DNA of 64,000 nucleotides from Lytechinus pictus (Eukaryota): contig NC_087246.1 in assembly GCF_037042905.1 (NCBI RefSeq), positions 9,302,001 through 9,366,000 on the forward strand, read 5' to 3'. The position numbers were made by a program, and so were the translations under genes. Shown here one piece after another: positions 39,440 through 64,000 of the stretch (position 1 is its first letter; the number at the start of each line of letters is the position of its first letter). Under the pieces are notes generated by a model that saw only the letters and a program-made list of their open reading frames with translations, had not been told where the DNA came from and ran no database searches.

Positions 39440-40977
39440 CTGGTGTCACAAAGATGTCCAACGGATGGTCCAAACAGACAAGAAGACACAAACAAATGGA
39501 GACAAAGGGAGACAAAGAGACAAAAAAACACAAAATAGTGAAACAAAGATGACATGGATTAAAGGTCAGGGAAGTGCAAATAATTTTCATGAAAGGGGGA
39601 TGAAGGAATACGTTTCATTTTAAGGAGCAGGAAGAGAATGGTTGAATATATAACAAATATATTGACCGGTACAGAACAAAAAACAAGGGGAGGGGGATAA
39701 AAGGAGAAAAAATGGGGGAAGAAAAAAGAATAGTAATGAAAAATGAAATGATATGAAAGAAACAAACACCAGAAAAGGGGAGAGAATGGCATATAAAACA
39801 CATGTCAATGAATTTGGCATGTTTTGTTTCATGGTATATGCATTGATATCATAAAGAAACACTGCCCATTCCCACAGCGTGCAACTGATATGAGCATTGC
39901 ATTCATATGAACCGTTCCGAGGCAATGTCAAAGATGACTTGAATGGATGGGCTTTAGTATTAAACAAATAAACCGATATTAAGAGAGCCTACATTCAACA
40001 TTTGTAAATAATCCTTAAATTTCAAGTTTTTATTTCATCATTGATCAGCAGATTGACTATTCTTCTTAAGCAATACTGCCAAAATCACATATCACCATTG
40101 CAAAGTTCAAATAGGCATTATTAAATAGGCATCAAATGGTAGAATGAAAACTGCACCTGGCTATTAATCAAATCATTAATGAATTCTAAGAGTTCGCCAA
40201 AGAAACAAATTGATCAAGAAATAATAACTACTACTAGACCTATGCCAATTTCAAGATTTCTCTAAACTTTTTTTTTTCGTCCAGGGATGATATTTCATTT
40301 TTTTTAAAGATATTTTTGCCCTGAATTTATTATAAAAAAAGTACATAGAATGTGCCCTATGTATGAACAGATTAACATATATTTAATTACTTTGAGGGCT
40401 ATATAATCGAGAATTGTGCATGCCATAATTCTTTGTTTATATTTCTTGTTTCAGTTCTTACAAAAATATTTCAAAATGTAAAGCAACAAATATAATTCTT
40501 TATTATTTTTTTACAACTCCCCAAAATGAATAATAAATGAGCACCCCATCTCTGTATTCATATATATATTTATACACAATCTATTCCATACATTTTACAG
40601 GATTAATTTACCTTCACAGACTATACTAAATTCTAAATGCATCCATTTGTGTATATTAAACTAATTCTAATACATGTAATAATACTTCAAATTGCCTCAT
40701 AATCAGCAAAGAACAGAAAGCAAATAGATAAATAGAAAGTAGAGAATAAATCAAAACCAAAACAGAGTATATATATATATATATATATGAAGAGTAAACG
40801 AAATTGAGAAATGAAAAAAAGTATAAATGCATTGCATAAAAAGAGATGAGCAATGAATATACATTTTTGTACATTATGCAATATTTCAGATGTAGTTATG
40901 TAGTTAAAGCTTTATGAAGAGAGCTAAAAATGAGATTTTACCATGTTTGATGACACAAAAAATTAAGTTTTCTTTAA

Positions 40978-41741
40978 CCAAAATACTCCCAGTTATTTTT
41001 ATTCTTGCCACTCTCGAGGGGGGAGGGGGCATTAAGGCCCCCCTTATGACCTTAGCTGCGGATCGTGTGACTACGATGAAAATATGAACGATGGTACAGA
41101 ATGATGTAATCTACATGGTTGCATAGGTAAATTTTACTTACATGTAGTTCTTTTATTTCATATGAATTAGTAATGCTAATTTACTCATGAAATCATACCT
41201 TTTGCTCTAATTTATTAAATAAACCACCTAGAATGCTATTCTTTAGTTTAAATATTCTTTGCAGAATCCCTAACAATTGTAAGTGAAAATATTTTGGTAC
41301 CAAAAATTATTTCTCATGTATTTTATTGCTTTTGTAATAAATGTATTTTTTGTTCTTCATTCTTTTCTTAATTTTTTTTGCAATAAATTTTGTCAGCGAG
41401 ATTATTTTGGGCATAATTAGCATCAAATTAAATGACAATTGTCAAAAAAGTAAAAATAATGACACATTTACTCATTTGTAAAACAAAATATGAAAAACAC
41501 ATTTTGAATTTACTTTGTACATAAAATTAAGTTTTTGAGCAATTTGGGGTCTGATATGCACTTAAATAATGTTGCATAATTTCATAACCGCTCACCAGGG
41601 TGTCGTGAATTTGGTATCAAAAGTTGCACGAGACTTGAAAGTAAAAAGTCAGAGAGCAGCGCAGTAAAAAATTCACGCAGCGGATTTATCGCGACTAATC
41701 TTGAGGGGGGCATTACCATCTCCCATCTGGGAGCATTAGGG
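40978..41741 (+). mobile_element. piggyBac-like non-autonomous element, older copy
   Basis: TTAA-ccaaaatactcccag...ctgggagcattaggg-TTAA. The core is homologous to the 44997 copy. Confidence 0.75.
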
Positions 41742-43445
41742 TTAAATAAACAAAGGGGCACTGTATCAAACTGTCGACAGTCTGCCCTAAAATATCACTG
41801 ACCCTTTAAGAAGATGTCAAGATTGATATTAATGGAAAGTAATGTTGAAATGTACGGACCAGGAAATTTAAAAAAAGAGTGTTTGTGCATACATCTTACA
41901 TGCATAAACTCTCAAAAGAATGCATTTCAGCATGACTTTAAACAGAAATGCTATATACCTGTATCTAAATTCTGTAAAATTTACAACCCCTTTATTTGTT
42001 GGGAAGCTTGTTTTTTTTAATTCATATTAAAATATTTAAAACAATATGTGTGATATGTAGAGTGATAACTTGTGTTTAATGTAATAATGAATTAGAAACC
42101 TGTAAGACGTGCCCTCTCTGCCCTTTCATACAATGCCCAGCAATGTATCATTTCAGAATTGCCACAGAAATGGTGTGTAGCAACGTAATAAGACTACAAA
42201 TTAAATATCAATTTGTTTTTCAGCCAATCAGAAGCAGGCATTTGCTACTTGCAATTGATTAACCGAGTTGTGTTTAAATGCAACCATTTCTCTAACAGAC
42301 CCAAGATTATGACATCGTTGGTAACCCATCTATAAAATTAATTATCAATACAAAATTTCTATGACAAAGTCAAATGTAATTTTGTATCAGTCATTTAACT
42401 TTCCAATAAGATGCATAACCAAAGAAGTTCTCACTGTGATGTTTCATGACTTCTTACACATTGTCCCATCTCCATTGAGATTATTAAATGTGTCAAAGCG
42501 ATTTTAAATAAAGTCCAATATTTATATGATTTTTGGTAAAATCACAAAGTATATGTTCAAGAATAATTTTATTTCAGCATGTGAATGTGATAATAAAAAA
42601 TTGAGAAAAAAATCATACATTTATAAAAACTGACAAAGAACTGCAAAACTTCAAATATTATGTAAAGATGATATGTAATTCCATGCAACAAAGCACATCA
42701 AAGCTGACTGCAGTTTAAAAAAATACAAATGTGATGCAAATCATGCAGTGCAAATTGGGTGGTCAATGCACATATCATAAACATAACACAAATTTTTATC
42801 CTCCTTTTTACAGTTCTCTTAATTCACTCATTTTCTACTATTATGTCATGTAATTTGAACATGCAATATGGCTTTGATTTCAGAAAGGGATAACAATCAC
42901 TTTTAATTTATTCTTTTTTAGTGAAATGTTGATGAGAATATGTATAGATGAAAAAAAAAAACTTAAAGATTCAAATAAAATGTGCTCTATATTATTGGGC
43001 CCTTAATTTAGAAATTTCATAAAGGTTATCTTAATCCAGGATTAATAAATCATTATATCTTATTACCAAATCATTTAATATAAATTTAGAAATGGTACAA
43101 TATCTGCAATGATAGTTTATTACCATGCATCCATCGCCTTTAAAAGTCCAAGAGAATTTTAGAAGTCAGATGGAAATCATTTTAAATAAGTTCATTACAA
43201 AATGACACATCATCCCTTTCTGAAGTATATATTTTTTTTTTCTTTTCAGATCACTACATTAGAATACCTCATCCCCTGCTTACATTATATGCATCTCCAA
43301 TGGCAATGATCATGAAAACAATAACAAATGAAAATCATAAAGATAATGATAATATAAATAAATCAACACATGTGAATGAAGAAACAAAAGGACGGCAACA
43401 AAAACAAGGATGATAACAGAAAATAAGGCAGTTTTTATTGACTGG

Positions 43446-43495
43446 CTAATTGTTTTTGGTGACAATATTCTTCTTCAGGATCTGTGCTTCTTCAG
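43446..43495 (-). CDS. Candidate alternative terminal coding exon of SERCA (xEEAQILKKNIVTKNN*)
   Basis: A pyrimidine tract plus TTCCAG acceptor at 43496-43497. It is phase-1 compatible with the internal donors at 48376 or 48385 in the last constitutive exon. No transcript evidence. Confidence 0.4.
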
Positions 43496-44996
43496 CTGGA
43501 AGTTCCACAAATAGAAAACAAAGATGGACAACGATTATTTTGTTTTGGTAAGATTTTATCTCCCATTTTATTCCTCAGAGCAAGATAAAAACTGTTCAGA
43601 GGCATTAGTTCTCTCTCATCTATGTAACAAGAGAGAGGGAAAAAATCACTGCCTTTCATGTTCTTACAGATTCCACTATCTTGATCTTGGTTAAAACATG
43701 ACAAAGTAAATACAAAATGAGACAAAATAGTATTGAACTATTGACAATGTCTTAAAATCTGAAGGAGTCAAATTTGGTGAAGTGTACACACAAAAATTAA
43801 TATCTCACCACTGGATAAGTTTTAACCAATAAAGAGAATTTCATCTCAGTATGAATGAATCAACTACAACTAAAATAATGAACAAATAAATAATAAATCA
43901 AATAAACCATGACATTACACAATGTGAAAGATGTATAAAATTCTAATTGGAGATTTCTTGAAAATTCTTGAAATAAAAATTTGTTGAAATTTAAAGATAA
44001 ATGATGTTTGGTAATGAAAGTTTGATGACATAAGACCAAACAGATATATTAGATAACCATTGGACCACATTATATGGATAATGATGAAGAGATGCAATAA
44101 GTTTAAATGTGAGAATATGATAATTGCTACTCCCTTTTAATAAGAAGGTGGAAATTTGAAATGCTCTGTACTTTTATTAATGTATTATGAAAACAGAATA
44201 TATGAAAATGCTTAAATGACTAAATGTGGAACAAATGCCCTGGAAATGTGTACATTTATCACTTAATGAGGCCCCCAAAACCCTTCCTTCCACTAAAATA
44301 TACATATGAAACTACATAGAGAATTGCTCTGAACTTGTCAGCAACTATAAACATCTTCTTTCTCATTATCTAGTGATCAATGAAAACTTAACAATCCAGT
44401 TGGAAGAATAGTTCCAAGTTGTTTGTTTATCATTTACAATTCTTTTACTTTCATTTATTTTCTAATTGCGATTTATATAATTTATTTCACTTTTTTCTTG
44501 CTTTTTTTTTTTTTTACTTTGAAACACAGAAAAAAAATTTGTTGCCTTCAGTAATCACTTACATACAATAATCAATTATAATATAATTTTACTGATTTCT
44601 ACAAATACAAAACCTATATAGACAACTTATTATCAAAACATATCTGGGCATTTGCACATAAAAACAATACAATCTTACAACAAACATTTCCTTCATCAAG
44701 CATTTTAATTGGATAATAGATGCTAACAAATATTGTTTAAAGAAAAGATTGATCTATACAAGTTAATTATTCATTAATCTTTTTCTCTTTTTTTTCTCAA
44801 ATATGATCTGGATGTTTTATAATAACCCCTTTCCTACTTTCTTTTCTGGGTAGGCATGGGAGTATTGTTCCCACATTGCTATAGTTACATTGAACAAGAC
44901 TGATATTTTTTTTTAATTCAATAATAAATATAATAGCATACACAGCAAAGTCATTTAGTTAAAAAAATGAAATAAATTGAAAGTCAAGTCTTTTAA

Positions 44997-45759
44997 CCCT
45001 AAATCTCCCGGGGTATTTTGATTCTTGTCATTCCCGGGGGGGGGCCATTATGGCCCCCCCCTAAGATCTCGGCCGCTGATCGCGCGAGCGACGCAAAAAT
45101 TTGCACGCTGGTAGTGGGCGATGTAATCTACAAGGCTGTATGGTAAAATTTTCCAAAATAATGAAAATTTATTTTATATGAATTAATTATGCTAATTTAT
45201 GCATAAATCATACTTTTTGCTCTAATTCACTAAATAAAGCTCCTAGAATGCTAATTTTTTGTAAAAATATTCTTTGTAGCATTCTTTACAATCGCAATTC
45301 AAAAAAACTTCGGTTTAGAAATAAATTTCTTATGTATTTTATTGTTTTATGAATTTCTTATGTATTTCTTTGTTTTTTTACTTTTTGTTTTTGATTGTTT
45401 TTTCAATGGAAATCGTTCCAGACTTAATTCTGATCATAAACAAGGCAAAATTAATTCAGTTTAATCAGTAAAAGTAGAAATAATGATACATTTATGAATT
45501 TTGGCTAAATACACAATTTGCATTGGATTTGTACATGAAATCACGTTTATGAGCAATTTTGGGTCTGACATGCACTTACATAATGTTGTGTAATGTCGTA
45601 ACCGTGTACCCGGGCGTCACAAATTTGGTCTCAAAATTTGCGCGAGACTTGAAAGTAAAAAGTCAGTGAGCGGCGAGGTCAAAAAATTTCGCGCAGCAGA
45701 TATATCGCGAAAATTGTCGAGGGGGGGGCCATTATGGCCCCCCCCCGGGAGAATTAGGG
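44997..45759 (+). mobile_element. piggyBac-like non-autonomous element
   Basis: TTAA-ccctaaatctcccggg...cccgggagaattaggg-TTAA, with subterminal gggggccattatggccccc palindromes. Confidence 0.88.
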
Positions 45760-48293
45760 TTAAGTTATGCTTTGTAATAATAAATATTCAAAAACCTTTG
45801 GGGTTTATTTCCTGTTTGGTTAAGTGAATAGTTAGTGGGGAGTCACACAGGGATATGAAATCACTAGAGAATATATTCATAATGGAATAAGATGCACAAA
45901 GGAAGAAATACATTTAGCAAATTCCCTATTCACCATGTTTAAAGTTCACAACATGTCTTCCTAATGCATAGTTGGAAATAAATCAAATTATCATAGATAT
46001 TTCAAAATATTGCAAACAGGATGTTTATCATTGAATCAGTGCTTTGAATTCCACATGCAATTGCTTTTAATAAAATTAGAGAATTTGACAGAAAAGTATG
46101 GAACTCAATTTCCAAAAGCTGATTGTATTAAAAAGATTCATAGTAACTGAGATAGTGTTTAAAACATGTGAATCTTGACCTACACAGATGCTTTTTTTCT
46201 TTCTAAGCCTGAGAAAAATTGAAATGAACCTAATTCTGCAATTTTTCAGGTCCACAACAGACGCATAATATACATATATATGTTACCACGAATCCAGCCT
46301 TTTTGCCCAACAGTCAAATTTCACACTACTCTATCTACATTCTCTTCAAAAAAGCTAATAGCTATATGGATTTTTCTAAAAGATGACATCAATTTCATGT
46401 TCACATATATTCAAAAATTCATCTATGTACAAGGCAATATATTAGATTTTTTCTTATCTCTTTTTCATTTCATTGCGATAAAATGCCTTCATTCTTAGCG
46501 CTATAAAGATAGACAAATTTAAAGCTGCAAGTATTTTCAGCTTATCCAGAATTTTTTTTACGAGAAAGATACATTGACTTTAAACTTCATATCAAAAAGA
46601 TTATACATATGCTTTTTAATTCTTGTATTTGACAAAAATTCAGCTAGCTCTGTCAGTAAGCTCATGTCATATACACCGTATTAATGGCATTTGCAATAGG
46701 GTTAGGGTTGTTTCCTCTCAAAAACCCGAAGGTTGTAACTTAACACAAACGCAAAGCCCTTCTGATCCTCAGCATTAACAATGATCTATCTAAAGTGAAA
46801 TCAGAGTGTCATTCATACCATAATGACAGGTTGTGAAGTCTCCAATAATACAATCATTTTAATCCAGATAACTATTCATGACTTAAATACCAGTCTTTCT
46901 GAAAGGAAAAAAATAGCAACCTCATTTTGTCCAAGACATCTGACTTTGTTTTGCATGCAATGATTTTTTAATGACATTACTGTGACTTTGTAGACCATTT
47001 GATATTCAACAGTTTGAAGGTACTTTTGTACACATCCAGATACATAAAGACTGCTCAAATATTTCAAAAAATTGAGTGGATAAAAATTCATCTGACCACA
47101 GAAAACAATAAAAACTAACATGAATGGGATTTGATCTGAATTGTTTTCCATACATGTAGATCTAAAGGACTCCAGTACATTTTCTGATTAATGAAAACTT
47201 AGCAGCAAAATGTTCATAGAATGTTATCTGGAATAAGATGGATTAGATTATCATTGACCATCACCATATGATAGAATAATATAAACAAAGATTTTCAAAA
47301 CTCTGACAAAAGAGGCTAAAGAACCAAAAGCTACTTTGAATTCTGAGAATTTTCTTTTCTCTCAAGATTTCATTATTATTATTTTTTTTTTGCAACCCGG
47401 TGAGCAAACCTGAGAAATATCAGTGAAATTTCAATTGGTGTCTTTTCATAGCTTTTACATGAGAAGGTAAAACTCTAAGTGGGGTCAGAAACTAGGGTGT
47501 GTAATAGAAAAATGTGAAGGTACATAAACTTATTGTAGTGAAAAAAAAATCAAGATTAAGAATGATAGACCTGTCAAGGATATTTTCCTCCAGTAAGTTT
47601 TGATTAAAAAAAAAAGCACCATTAGTCGGGCTTAATTTGAGGGGGGAAGGCAGTTTCATTAGTTTGAAGAAAGACTTAAATGGGAGGGGAAAAAGGAAGG
47701 GATTCCCACTTTGAATAATACACAACACTCCCCAGTAGAAGCTCATGAAAAAACACCTAATGAAATTAAAAAGCATGCTGTTATTGTATGATGCAAGCCA
47801 ATATCACCCAGGTTTCAGCTCTAATGGTAAAGACCAGGAATTTAGTTTGTCACATTTATTTGTCAGAATAGACAGAAAATCATATTCTAATCTGCTTTAG
47901 AAAAATGTTACCAAAATGTTAGAATATAAAACAAAACAAACGGCAGATATTTGCTCTTTCATTTTCGTAATCTGTTCATATAAAACATGCAATTCTGTAA
48001 CCTCCATGTAAACAAATACAAAGAATTAGACTGAGTAACATATTAAAGAAATGCAAGAACAAACTCAACCACTATTAAAGAGATAGAGGACGAGAGAGGG
48101 GGAAGTAGTTGTGTGAGTGTTGTGCGCCACAAAATAATAACCATATCTGATGGTGATTACTCAAAGTGATCAAATAATATAGAAATGCTTACACATAAAA
48201 ACCAACAAGAAAATGCAGACATTAAAAAAAAGGATGAGTTCTAGTCTACTGTGATTTTTTTTTTTTTTGGTTTCCTCTTGATTTTTTTTAATG

Positions 48294-62219
<13,926 letters not shown>

Positions 62220-64000
62220 CTAATCATATATAAACTAAAGCTCAGTGCATACATGACTATGGATTCTGAAATCATAACTCACTCAATATTTAATTTTGAC
62301 CCTTTTCATGTCACAAAAATCTATAATTTTTATAATTCAAAATGTAAACATCTCACAGCTAACCTGTCATCTTCTTCTTGGAATAAACTCCTATCTTATT
62401 ATAGGTGTAATTTAGAGAAAAAAGAACCAAAACAGATGTCATTCCAATTGATCTCTGCACAAAATATGCAGGCAATATATCCCAATCATACAGATAAACT
62501 CTGTAAGGTGATGTTCACAATACAGGCAAGCTGAGATGTGAATAAATCTCAAGAGGAATGTTTATTCAATATCAATACTAAATGAAGTGAGAATGATGGT
62601 TGAGCATCACATTTTCCATGTATCAACTAATATAAAACATCTTATACAAAGATGAAATAAGGGGATCTGGAAGTCATCTTGATACAGTAAGAACTACAAA
62701 GTATTTCTGCCAGTCTATATTACAATATGCAACAATGGAAATGCATGGATCATTATCTTCATTACTGTTCTTCAATTCAAAGCACCATGCAGCATGGAGT
62801 GATGATTTTCAAAGATAACTTGCTGCCATGGCAACCTGTAATAAAGTGGTTTTTCACTGTGGTCACTCTACTGGTTTAAGTGCTGTATTTTTTTCCATCT
62901 CTAGCTGCCACTGCCTTTTGAATAATTCACGACAAAGAGAAGTCTCGTGTGCCCTATTGTTCTTACTTTCTATTCATGTCAAACATCTGGAAAAAAAACA
63001 CACACATTCATACACACAAAGATATATGCACATGGGACTTTTCATATCCTATTGAATTGAAAAAAAAAAGTAGAGGGGAGACATTGTTAATATTGCAAAA
63101 GCTATCAGCTACAATTGCAATACAATATCCACTCCCCCCAAAAAAAAACACCAAAGCATAGTGCCCTTCTCCTTTACAACAGACAATCTATTTGTTCTGC
63201 TATGCGGTTTTGTGCCGAGATAATTGCACATTAGCACTAAACAGGCCATTAGTTATATTCATCGTTTACCATTTTTATTACATTAGCTCAATTGTTTTCT
63301 CTTCACCTGGTTCTCCCAGGAATAAATATGGGTCAATACCTAATTTCATATGGAAATAAGTTCACAAATATGTGTTCCAAGCTTTATATATCTTTTATCA
63401 CATGATAACAATTCTTCAGACATATCAATTTCACCACCATAATCACAATCAATGGATAGCAATGCCCCTTTGAATCATTTGTTGAAGTCTGGTTATGAAA
63501 TGATGTCTATTCAACCCTTTGGATCTTGATTAATGTCTGCTCATGCAGTCATTAATTAGGAAACTTCTGATTATTGCAATGGTTATTATTAGTTAATAAC
63601 TGGTCGTTAATTGATTCAGGGCAGGAAATAATTTTTATTTTTTAGGGGCTACTTATTCTTTCAAATTAGCATGATTGCTCAATTCTTATCGCAATTCCTT
63701 TCATTTCAAGAGCTTATTTTTTTAATGCAACAAGCCATTACATGCAAAAATAATTATTCTGCTGTTAACAGATTATATTTAAAGATTTTCTTGGATATCG
63801 TCTGTAGCAGATCTTATGGCAACTCAAGAAAAGACAGCTGCCTCAAAGCATGTCAAATGGAGAATATTAAGGGAGTTTTGAGCTGTCATGTAGCGAAATC
63901 ACACAATACCCTCACATATTCCTACTTTGATTATTATTCAAAGGGGAAGTTCACACTGATGATATGCTGGTTTTTATAAAATCACAAAAATTATTTTTTT

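Overview
AT-rich, intron-rich animal genomic DNA. The repeat landscape suggests a marine invertebrate deuterostome such as a sea urchin; this is inference. Three spliced protein-coding genes were rebuilt by hand with consistent splice phases: an ARL6IP4/SR-25 homolog (minus strand, 4 coding exons, about 790 aa, very long RS/RE/K-rich N-terminus); POP5 (plus strand, 5 coding exons, 168 aa), divergent from it; and the 3' 17 exons of a SERCA Ca2+-ATPase (minus strand, 5' end outside the window). The most interesting features lie in SERCA: five related box C/D snoRNA-like cassettes, one per intron, with a guide antisense to 18S rRNA; an AT-AC U12-type intron; and a SERCA2b-like hydrophobic read-through tail plus two candidate alternative terminal exons. 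The rest is rich in mobile DNA: a Penelope-like GIY-YIG fragment with a minimal hammerhead motif, a CR1 3' fragment, SINEs, and many non-autonomous TIR elements. Almost all short ORFs in the supplied track are spurious.
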